Positions 38,130 to 45,911 of a DNA stretch of 64,000 nt are shown here, in pieces; the stretch's first letter is position 1, and every line of letters starts with the position of its first letter. Source of the stretch: Pirellulales bacterium (GTDB lineage Bacteria; Planctomycetota; Planctomycetia; Pirellulales; JAICIG01); NCBI GenBank assembly GCA_035531595.1, contig DATKSN010000082.1, positions 20,478 to 84,477 on the forward strand, written 5' to 3'. A program made the translations under genes and the position numbers. The notes beneath the pieces were generated by a model, which worked only from the letters and a program-made list of their open reading frames with translations, was not told the origin of the DNA and searched no databases.

Positions 38130-38566
38130 TGGAACCACCATTGGGGCTGGCCAGGCTACGGCCTGGGGTATGGTGCCCTATGCCAATCCGTATTGGTCCG
38201 GCGCGGTCGGCGGCTACAACGATTCGCAGCCGGTCCCGGTGGCCGCCGGCGGTGCGCCGACTCCATCCGAGCAGGCGACGACGACCTTCAACTCGGCGCG
38301 CCAAAGCTTCAAGGCCGGCGATTATCCGACCGCGCTATCGCTCGTCGAATTGGCGATCGCGGACCAACCGACGGACGCGGCGATGCACGAATTCAGGGCC
38401 TTGGTGTTGTTCTCGCTCGGAAACTACGCCCGGCTGGGACTGGACCACGCTGTCGCGCCTCTACGCGGGGCCGGATGCCTACACGGCCCAGTTGCGGGCA
38501 CTGGAGAATTACGTCCAACTCAATCCCGACAGAGTAAGCGGGGAGTCGCCATGCTCGGGCAAGTGA
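38130..38566 (+). pseudogene. frameshifted/internally deleted TPR-like gene
   Basis: SFKAGDYPTALSLVELAIADQPTDAAMHEFRALVLFSLGNY is in one frame. It continues as PGWDWTTLSRLYAGPDAYTAQLRALENYVQLNPD in another. Three overlapping ORF-track frames cover the region and the N-terminus is also split. Confidence 0.5.
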
Positions 38567-38945
38567 CCTTGGACGGCGATGGCTCATTCAATTAACTTGC
38601 TGTTCATGGTCCTGCTCCTCCGCAGCGGGCTATCCATTTTGATGGATCATCCTCGCGTTGCTCTTCGGCACCGACCAGTGGAAGCGCCTCCTGCCGGCCT
38701 CCTGGCAAATCGTTCCAGACGCCTGGGCCGTCTTCGTCCGGTCCACAACGGATTCCCTGGCGGCCACGATCCGGTATAGTTTGTTCCGCGGCGTCCACCA
38801 TCAATTTCGAGACGTTGGACGACTTCCTGAACACTTATGGCTCCATCGAGGCCCTAGCGCGTGACGTCGTGCCAACGCTTACTGGCCTAAAGGTGCAAAC
38901 GCTTGAAAAGTTGGGCTATGCCCTCATCGAGGACGACACCGACCG

Positions 38946-38983
38946 AACGCTCGTATTCGTGCAGCCCGGCGACCTCGTTCAAG
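38946..38983 (+). repeat. 38-bp direct repeat, copy 1
   Basis: AACGCTCGTATTCGTGCAGCCCGGCGACCTCGTTCAAG matches copy 2 at 37 of 38 positions. Confidence 0.9.
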
Positions 38984-39030
38984 CCTGAGGCGGTTTAGCG
39001 CCGTTCCCACTTTCCCGGGATAGCTGAAGA

Positions 39031-39409
39031 TTAGCTGAGGCGAAGCGCCAGCGCCGCCAACTCCAATGCCGACGACCAAAGCATGATCGCATACGCGGCG
39101 GCCAGCAGGAACGGCCGATGTATGAAACGGGCCCGCGGTTACCGCCACGAGCCCAAAATACTTGACCGTCGCTTGTTGTGACGGCGTGGCCTTCCAGCCG
39201 AGGATCGGGTCGGTTTCGGGGACTGGCTGAGTGGGGCGTTCTTGCGATTGCGAGGCTTTTTGCCCTTTCCCGATGTCGCCGCTGGGAATGACCACCTTGC
39301 CATCCGTGGCGACGACCTGACCGGGAAGCGGCGGAGCCTCTTGATAAATACGGGTGCCAACCCATCCTGGCCCTGGGTGCTTTCCAATTCGTCGTCCAAT
39401 TCGTTCCAT
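39031..39409 (-). pseudogene. relic of quinol-dependent nitric oxide reductase (qNOR) N-terminus
   Basis: The translation TRIYQEAPPLPGQVVATDGKVVIPSGDIGKGQ resembles the qNOR segment (E)VYKKAPPYPEQVV..GKVL...DIL.GQ. VPETDPILGWKATPSQQATVKYFGLVAV resembles VPTEDPI....LTPSQKA.GKY.FLTVA. Between them about 230 aa are missing and a frameshift follows. Confidence 0.5.
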
Positions 39410-39440
39410 TGGGCATCCAACTTACGGAACGGTCGTGGAA

Positions 39441-39684
39441 CCCCCCACAAGTGTGCGGACGCTGCCGCCCCGCGAAGTGACGTGGCCGCGATCGGGAGCT
39501 CGTGCCATAAGACCAACGGCACCAACTGCTTGCGACGTGCAACCTACTTGCCCCCCATTGGTGTGCGGACGCTGCCCTTGGGCGCAGGTCATTGGCACAT
39601 GCGTGCATCCACTGCGCAAGTCGAATAGCTAAAACAGTTTACGCAAGACCAATAGCCACCCCCCACAAGTGTGCGGACGCTCCG
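39441..39684 (+). repeat. three 26-nt direct repeats separated by 84- and 82-nt unrelated spacers
   Basis: CCCCCCACAAGTGTGCGGACGCTGCC is at 39441. CCCCCCATTGGTGTGCGGACGCTGCC is at 39551. CCCCCCACAAGTGTGCGGACGCTCCG is at 39659. Confidence 0.85.
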
Positions 39685-39743
39685 GACGCTGAATTACCCT
39701 CCTTCTATCAGCACCGCCCGGTTCGGCGTTTGCCGCCTGAGCT

Positions 39744-39781
39744 AACGCTGGTATTCGTGCAGCCCGGCGACCTCGTTCAAG
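39744..39781 (+). repeat. 38-bp direct repeat, copy 2
   Basis: AACGCTGGTATTCGTGCAGCCCGGCGACCTCGTTCAAG lies 798 bp after copy 1. It overlaps the stop codon of the minus-strand membrane gene. Confidence 0.9.
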
Positions 39782-40613
39782 AAACGCCTTTTCGTTTTTG
39801 TTCGATTCCCTGCCGGCTCCAAACCCAAAGGCCGAGCAGCGTCAGCAACGCGAGGTTGGGGAACAGCAGCGGCGCCATCGCCGGAGCGCCGTAGACGAAG
39901 TTGTCGAACAGGCTGCTTGAAGGACCGTCGAGGTTGGCCTCGCTGTGCAGGTAGAATCCGACCAGGCCGACGACCATTTCGACCAGCATGACGGCGACCG
40001 TCCAGCCCAGAAAAACTCGCTCGACCCGCATCGCGAAGGGGACCGCGAGGAAGCCGATCGCCAGCGCGCTGGCGGCGACGGCGATCCACTCCTCCGGGTG
40101 AAAGAAACCATTCTGCGCATGGTCGGCGAGGCTGAAAATGAAGTTACCGATCCAGCCCCCCAAAGCCAACAGCGTCACCCAGCGAGGCCATTCGGGGTCG
40201 GCTTCAGCGACCATCCGGTTCATGATCAGCAAGAGTCCAATCCCCGCATACGCCAGGGGGGCGGCGAAGGGCGCGGTATAAACCAGGCTGTCAAGCGTCC
40301 GTTCGCGGAAGAACTCGCCGTCCAAGTGCAGCAGAAGCCCCGTGATGCCCACGGCGAGCGCCGTCCAGCCGACAAGCCGCCCTGACAGCTTCCAGGCGAG
40401 ACTCTCGGCGCGGCCGCGCGACATGATCAGCCCCGCGAGCAACAACCATGGCGCCGCAAGCGAAAACGCCAATGGAACCCACTCGGCCGCGTGCCGGAAG
40501 GAGTTGGTCGAATGGGCCAGGTAGATATCGGGGGCCAGGCAACCCAGGTTGGCGAGGGCAAATAGATCCAGCCAGAGACGGGGGCTGCGATACCAGCTAA
40601 TCGGGCTTGGCAT
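39777..40613 (-). CDS. polytopic integral membrane protein, partner of the octahaem cytochrome
   Basis: The 278-aa protein has about 8 hydrophobic helices. Its ATG at 40613 overlaps the last 17 nt of the upstream cytochrome gene. I recognised no family. Confidence 0.7.
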   Translation of the reverse strand: MPSPISWYRSPRLWLDLFALANLGCLAPDIYLAHSTNSFRHAAEWVPLAFSLAAPWLLLAGLIMSRGRAESLAWKLSGRLVGWTALAVGITGLLLHLDGEFFRERTLDSLVYTAPFAAPLAYAGIGLLLIMNRMVAEADPEWPRWVTLLALGGWIGNFIFSLADHAQNGFFHPEEWIAVAASALAIGFLAVPFAMRVERVFLGWTVAVMLVEMVVGLVGFYLHSEANLDGPSSSLFDNFVYGAPAMAPLLFPNLALLTLLGLWVWSRQGIEQKRKGVS

Positions 40614-41835
40614 GGTTTTTCCGCAATTCCTCGGCCGCGGCCTCGATCTCGACGGTGTGCTTCAGGATCGGATAATTGCCGTGCCACTGCACGAAGTCGG
40701 CCCCGCCCATGAACGCCCCGTGTTTCGCCGTGCGACCGTAGTAGTGCCAGAGGTCGAAGTAATCGAAGTCGATCGGGTGTTGGAACGGCTTCTTCCCCAG
40801 CAACCCGTCGGCCCGCAGCCCGTCAACGATCGACTTGGCCGCCAGCACCTTCTCGTTCGTGCCGGCCACCACATGTTCGGCCTCGCGGTAGATCCGGTCA
40901 ACCAAGCCGCGCGTGTGGCAGTTGAGGCACATATCCTTCATGTTGGCCTGGGCCAGTGCGTAGTTGGGCCGTTTGTCGGAAACCTCGGCGGCCAAGTGGA
41001 ACGACAGCCGTTCGGACGTGTCGTGCGTCATGTTGGCGCCGTTCAGCCCGCTCATGTGGCATGTCGCGCAGGTGGGCACGAACATGTCGCGCGTGGTCAA
41101 CGCGTCAGGCTCGGCGGCGAGATTCAGCAGCTTGCGTTGGGCCTCGAACAGCACGCCGTGCTTCGATTCCGTGTAGATTTCGAGTTGCGAGTGGTCGGGA
41201 CCCATGTGGCACTGGCCGCAGGTACTTGGGAGCCGGGCAATCTCGACCGAGGCGGTGTGCCGAGTGTGGCAGGCGGTGCAGGTGCCGATCGTGCCATCGG
41301 CGTTGGGCTTGCCGATGGCGTGGCATGTGGAGCAGCCGCTGATGGCGGCCGGCGCGCCTTCGAGCGCCACCAGCGCGTTCGCCGGGCGTTGGCAACCACC
41401 CGGATTGAACTGTTCGCTGAAGGCGACCTGCTCCGGGCTAAACGCATCGGCGCCGTGGACCGCGGCCCAGGACGGGGCGGCGTGGCGGCTGCGGAGAAAC
41501 TGCTGATAAATCCGTTCGTGACACGATCGGCAGTTCGCCGCCGTCAGGTGCGCCGCGATCACGAAGCCGTGGTGGTCCTGCCGGTCTTGGCCTTCAGCCG
41601 GCTGATGGCACTCCAGACAATTGATTTTTCGCTGCGCGTGTTTGCTCAGTTCGTACTCATGGACGACGGAGTATTGCTGGTTGATGTGGCACGCGGCGCA
41701 CTTGCCGGACGCGCGCACCAGAGCCGACGTGGGTTGCTCCGTGACGCCGCGGGGCCGGGCCCGATTGACCATGAATGCGGCCAGCAGCAGGGACGTGCCC
41801 AGGACGACGGCAATGAACACCGACCGGAACGACAT
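40597..41835 (-). CDS. octahaem cytochrome c, hydroxylamine-oxidoreductase (HAO)-like family
   Basis: There are eight CxxCH motifs: CAACH, CLECH, CRSCH, CSTCH, CTACH, CGQCH, CATCH, CLNCH. The HAO-type stretch CGQCHMGPDHSQLEIYTESKHG is present. There is an N-terminal TM/signal anchor, and GAGGAGG precedes the ATG. Confidence 0.85.
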   Translation of the reverse strand: MSFRSVFIAVVLGTSLLLAAFMVNRARPRGVTEQPTSALVRASGKCAACHINQQYSVVHEYELSKHAQRKINCLECHQPAEGQDRQDHHGFVIAAHLTAANCRSCHERIYQQFLRSRHAAPSWAAVHGADAFSPEQVAFSEQFNPGGCQRPANALVALEGAPAAISGCSTCHAIGKPNADGTIGTCTACHTRHTASVEIARLPSTCGQCHMGPDHSQLEIYTESKHGVLFEAQRKLLNLAAEPDALTTRDMFVPTCATCHMSGLNGANMTHDTSERLSFHLAAEVSDKRPNYALAQANMKDMCLNCHTRGLVDRIYREAEHVVAGTNEKVLAAKSIVDGLRADGLLGKKPFQHPIDFDYFDLWHYYGRTAKHGAFMGGADFVQWHGNYPILKHTVEIEAAAEELRKNHAKPD

Positions 41836-41894
41836 GCCAACCTCCTCTTATCCCGCTAGCCCGGATGATTCATGGTTCCACACGAACCCGCAGC

Positions 41895-42008
41895 GGCAGA
41901 GCCTAAGCGATGCCCAGGTCGCTATCGAGCCGGGGCATCGCTGACGCTCTGCCACCAGCCACCACCTTCTCGTGGCAAAATATCTCATTGTCGGCCGCGT
42001 GCAGTATA
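41895..42008 (+). repeat. PAL-A repeat, left outer arm replaced
   Basis: GGCAGAGCCTAAGCGATGCCC...CCACCAGCCACCACCTTCTCGTGGCAAAATATCTCATTGTCGGCCGCGTGCAGTATA. The left flank CACGAACCCGCAGCGG resembles PAL-W. Confidence 0.85.
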
Positions 42009-42214
42009 ACGAGCGACGCGGCAGTGAATGACGATTCTGGCAAGTGAGAGCGGCGTTGGCAAGGTCGGCTTCAAGTTCACTTCCGTGGTCAAGTTCAAGT
42101 GGCCCCGGCTCGCCCCCTCCTAACGGCGATTCGATTCGCGGCCATCGGCCGCGTTCGTGGTGGAACTCGTCAACGGCGAACACATCGTCGTCGAGCATCC
42201 GGAAGCCCTGGCGT

Positions 42215-43021
42215 TCAGCGCGGGAGCCGCGGGCGGCAAACGACGATCCATCCATTCGCCCTCAGCCGGCCGAGCAGCCAGGGGCGCCTCAGCGCGTGCC
42301 GGCGCCGCGTGTCGAGCGCGATGCACTCGACGACGCGAAACCCGGCGGCTTTGAGGTCAGCCATCAATTCGTGGCGAGTGAAGACGTGCAGGAACATGTT
42401 GGGGATGCCGCGGTAGTCGAAGAATTTGTCGCCCGGCTCCTGGTCGCGGCGAAACCACGCGCTCAACCGATTCGTGGCCAGCCAGCAGCGACCCTGGGGG
42501 TCGAACAGACTATACCAGCGATTGTGAACATGAATCACGAACTTGCCTTCCGGCTTCAGGATTCGCCGCGCGTGCCGTAATGCCCGCAGCCGGTTTGCTC
42601 GCCCGCGGATCATGCCCAGCGTGCTGAACATCGAGATGCAATAGTCGGCGACCTGATCGCGGAGGCAATCGAGTTCGGTCAAGTTGGCCCGCAGCCGGTC
42701 GATGGACAAGTTCTCTTCGGCGGCCTTCCGACCGACGACGTCGAGCATGGGCAGCGAGAGATCGACCGCCAAGCCGCGAAACCCCCGCCGTGCGAACGGC
42801 AGCAAGAGCCGGCCCGTGCCGCAGCCCAGATCGACCAGCAAGCCCGGCCGCGTGAAGTGCCGCGACAGCACCGCCTCGTCAAACTCAAACAGGCTGTTGT
42901 AGGCGAAGTACTCGTCGTAATCGTCGGCAATATGGTCCGCCTGGGCATATTGCCACATGCCCGGCGTCACGCCGGGCGGCAAACGCCATTGCGGCACGTC
43001 GGTAGGCGGCGAGTTGGGCAA
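42215..43021 (-). CDS. class I SAM-dependent methyltransferase
   Basis: LLVDLGCGTGRLLLPFARRG is motif I. The start is uncertain: TTG at 43021 or ATG at 42958. Confidence 0.85.
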   Translation of the reverse strand: MPNSPPTDVPQWRLPPGVTPGMWQYAQADHIADDYDEYFAYNSLFEFDEAVLSRHFTRPGLLVDLGCGTGRLLLPFARRGFRGLAVDLSLPMLDVVGRKAAEENLSIDRLRANLTELDCLRDQVADYCISMFSTLGMIRGRANRLRALRHARRILKPEGKFVIHVHNRWYSLFDPQGRCWLATNRLSAWFRRDQEPGDKFFDYRGIPNMFLHVFTRHELMADLKAAGFRVVECIALDTRRRHALRRPWLLGRLRANGWIVVCRPRLPR

Positions 43022-43052
43022 GCGAGTTCGGGTGCGAGTGGGGCCGCGTAGC

Positions 43053-43172
43053 TCATGCCGGTCGCTTCTGGGTCGTCGCTTTCCGGGCGACCTGCATCAG
43101 TGCGCGAAGCGCGTCATTGACAGCATCGTCCAGCATATCGGGGTCTTTATCGGGATTAGTTTCCTTCTTCAT
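43053..43172 (-). CDS. possible small protein (39 aa)
   Basis: MKKETNPDKDPDMLDDAVNDALRALMQVARKATTQKRPA is preceded by AAGGAAG. It lies in locally AT-richer sequence and I recognised no homology. Confidence 0.25.
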   Translation of the reverse strand: MKKETNPDKDPDMLDDAVNDALRALMQVARKATTQKRPA

Positions 43173-43391
43173 AATTCTTCCTTTCGTGGCGAGTCGCAAG
43201 TCGAGCGCTGATGATACGGACATTCGGACCGCGTTCGGTAAAAATGACCCTCGTCCCATTCAAAAGTCAGTCCCATCACTTCTCCGTAGCGCACCTCCAC
43301 GCACCGCATCCAATGCGCGAAGGCGAAATAGCGGCTCAACGGCTATTGCAATATGCCTATTCTACTGGCACAGTCGGTGCTATGCAATTTT

Positions 43392-43412
43392 GGTGGGCGG
43401 TGCCCACCCTAC
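43392..43412. repeat. PAL-G palindrome GGTGGGCGGTGCCCACCCTAC
   Basis: It overlaps the GH2 stop region and is identical to the copy at 53083. Confidence 0.85.
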
Positions 43413-45721
43413 GGCTCCTGCTCCTTCGCCTCCGCCAAGCCCACGTCGATGTATTGCCCGCCGCCGGTCTGCTTGCAGTGTACGGCGATCACATTGCGCC
43501 CCGGACGGAGGGCGGCGCGGGCGGCGGCGCGCAAGGGCGTGGCGAGGTATCGCGTGGTGTAGCCGGTAACATTCGACGCCAGTACGCCATTGACGTAGAT
43601 CTCGGCCTCCTCGTCGTGGTGCATCATCAGGTGCGGATCGTTGAAGCCGCCGGCCGACTTGGGCAACTCGACCTCGCGGCGAAGCCAGATGTCGGGTGTG
43701 TTCCACTCCGTCCGCGCGACCGCGCCGGGCGTCGTCTTTGTGCCGAACCCGCCAGGGCCGCGCTTCCAGGCCGAGTCGTCGAAATCGGTGGCCATCCAGC
43801 GCTCGCCGGGCGTTTCGAGCGTGTAATGCCATGCTTGCGGTTCCCGCTCGGAAGTCGCCGCGAGGACGGTGAAGACCGGCGGCGGCCGATAGAGCCTGCG
43901 GTGGGCCGCGGCCATCGTTTCCGGGTCGATTTTCACGACGTCGCGGTCGTAGGTCATGAGTCCATTCACCTCGGTTTCGACGTCGGTCGTCTGCGTGTAG
44001 ACCGCTGCGGAAAGGCCCGGCTCGGCCACGAGGGGGCGGAGGGCGGCGGCGATCTCGAAATAGGCGTCGGCCAGGCTGTCGCGGTCGGTGAAGCTGCGAT
44101 AGCCCCAGTTGTCCTTGCCCAGCCAGGTGTGCCCCTCCAGCGGCAGTCCCAGCCCGCCGTATTCGCCCAGCACGGCGGCCCGATTCGACTCGGGCCGTGG
44201 CGAGCCGGGACCGGGATAGTTGTGCATGTCGATCACGTCGCCGGTCGGAAAGTCGTTCCAGCCGCTGGCACAGTTGACCAGCCGCGTGGGATCGTACCGT
44301 TTGGTCCATTCGGTGATCCGCTGAGTATCGAACTGCCCCCATCCCTCGTTGAACACGACCCACATCACGATGGCGGGCGAATTGTCCAGCACGTCGATCA
44401 TCGCCTTCAACTCGCGCTCGTAAATCGCGGCCGATTCGGAACTGCGTTGGATCTCGCCCTGGCCCGGCGCCACGCCGGCGTCGCCGCTGGGCATGTCTTG
44501 CCACACCATGAGACCCAGCTTGTCGCACCAGTAGTACCAGCGGGCCGGCTCGACCTTGACGTGCTTGCGGCACATGTTGAAGCCGATCCGTTTGGTCATC
44601 TCGATGTCGAATCGCAGCGCCTCGTCGGTCGGCGCGGTGTAAAGCCCGTCGGGCCAGAAGCCCTGGTCGAGCGGGCCAAACATGAATTGCGGCTTGCCGT
44701 TCAGGAAAATCCGCGTCGTGCCGTGACGATCCGATTCGAGCGACACTTTCCGCATGCCGACGTAACTGACGATTTCATCGAGTTGCTTGTCGCCGTCGAA
44801 CAGTTGAATGCGCAAGCCGTAGAGGAACGGATCGTCGGGCGACCAGAGCCGTTGGTCCTTAACGGGGACGTCGAACGCCTGCCCGAGTTGGTGGCGTGTC
44901 ACCGCCGTCGGTTCGCCGTCGATGGCTTCGCCGTGGCCCCCTTTCGCCCGTTTCCGGCGACTTGGGTCGACCAGAATCACCGAGGCCTCGTGCCGGCTCG
45001 TGGCGCCCTCGACCACGACATCCACATGGACCATCCGCTGATCGACGTCGGGCGCGATTTTGATCGACTTGATGTACTCCTTCGGCACCGGCTCCAGCCA
45101 GACGGTCTGCCAAATGCCGGTGGTCGGCGTGTAGAAGATTCCGCCCGGCTTGTGTACTTGCTTGCCGCGCGGCTGAGGACCGGCGTCGGTCGGATCCCAA
45201 ACGGCGACGACCAACTCTTGTTCAACATCGGGCTTAAGCGCCTCGGTCACGTCGAACGTAAAGGGGTCGTAACCGCCTTGGTGTCGGCCGATTTCCTTGC
45301 CGTTGACCCAGACGATGGTTTCCCAATCGGCCGCGCCGAAGTGGAGCAACAACCGCCCGCCGCGCCACGATTCATCGGTCGGAAACGTGCGACGATACCA
45401 GAGCCGCTGGTCCACGCCGACCCGCTTCATCACGCCTGAGAGCGACGACTCGACGGGATACGGCACGAGGATCCGGCCGTCGAATTCCTTGGGATCTCCC
45501 TCGGACTTGGGGCGGATCGCGTACTGCCACAGGCCGTTGAGGTTTTTCCATTGCCGGCGGACCATCCGCGGCCGAGGATATTCGGGCAGCGCGTTGTCGG
45601 GGGAGACATCCTTCGCCCAGCGGGTGGCCAGCGAACCGTCGGCCGGCTTCCAAGGCTCCGCGGCGGTCGTTGGCAAGGTCAGGGCCCCGATGAGGCCCAG
45701 GGAAAGGATGGTCGATTTCAT
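43409..45721 (-). CDS. glycoside hydrolase family 2 protein
   Basis: The signal peptide is MKSTILSLGLIGALTLP. It has LLLHFGAADWETIVWVNG, VMWVVFNEGWGQ and a C-terminal lectin-like domain. Confidence 0.85.
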   Translation of the reverse strand: MKSTILSLGLIGALTLPTTAAEPWKPADGSLATRWAKDVSPDNALPEYPRPRMVRRQWKNLNGLWQYAIRPKSEGDPKEFDGRILVPYPVESSLSGVMKRVGVDQRLWYRRTFPTDESWRGGRLLLHFGAADWETIVWVNGKEIGRHQGGYDPFTFDVTEALKPDVEQELVVAVWDPTDAGPQPRGKQVHKPGGIFYTPTTGIWQTVWLEPVPKEYIKSIKIAPDVDQRMVHVDVVVEGATSRHEASVILVDPSRRKRAKGGHGEAIDGEPTAVTRHQLGQAFDVPVKDQRLWSPDDPFLYGLRIQLFDGDKQLDEIVSYVGMRKVSLESDRHGTTRIFLNGKPQFMFGPLDQGFWPDGLYTAPTDEALRFDIEMTKRIGFNMCRKHVKVEPARWYYWCDKLGLMVWQDMPSGDAGVAPGQGEIQRSSESAAIYERELKAMIDVLDNSPAIVMWVVFNEGWGQFDTQRITEWTKRYDPTRLVNCASGWNDFPTGDVIDMHNYPGPGSPRPESNRAAVLGEYGGLGLPLEGHTWLGKDNWGYRSFTDRDSLADAYFEIAAALRPLVAEPGLSAAVYTQTTDVETEVNGLMTYDRDVVKIDPETMAAAHRRLYRPPPVFTVLAATSEREPQAWHYTLETPGERWMATDFDDSAWKRGPGGFGTKTTPGAVARTEWNTPDIWLRREVELPKSAGGFNDPHLMMHHDEEAEIYVNGVLASNVTGYTTRYLATPLRAAARAALRPGRNVIAVHCKQTGGGQYIDVGLAEAKEQEP

Positions 45722-45911
45722 GTCGCGAGCTCCCTGGTGAATCGTATCCATGCCATTGTACCTCGGCGCGCCGCGGTCGAAAACCCGTTACTCGTTCCCA
45801 CGCGGAGCGTGGGAACAAGGAAACGCATCGCGGTGCGGCGAGCGCCCGCCGTAGCCGGATTCGCAAGAATTTGGGCGTGTTCGAGCGGCGACAGCCTGAA
45901 CTCTTGCGAGT

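Noticed and set aside
38579-38779. A 66-aa ORF as a b-type cytochrome gene.
   Set aside because: Only about 24 residues resemble a cytochrome-b first helix, and the rest is shadow sequence. I treated it as a fragment within the decay zone.
39441-39684. Calling the three-repeat array a CRISPR locus.
   Set aside because: There are only three repeats. The spacers (82-84 nt) are far longer than typical. The middle repeat differs from the first at 4 positions and the third differs at its last 2-3 positions. There are no cas genes in the window. I kept it as a repeat-spacer curiosity, not a CRISPR call.
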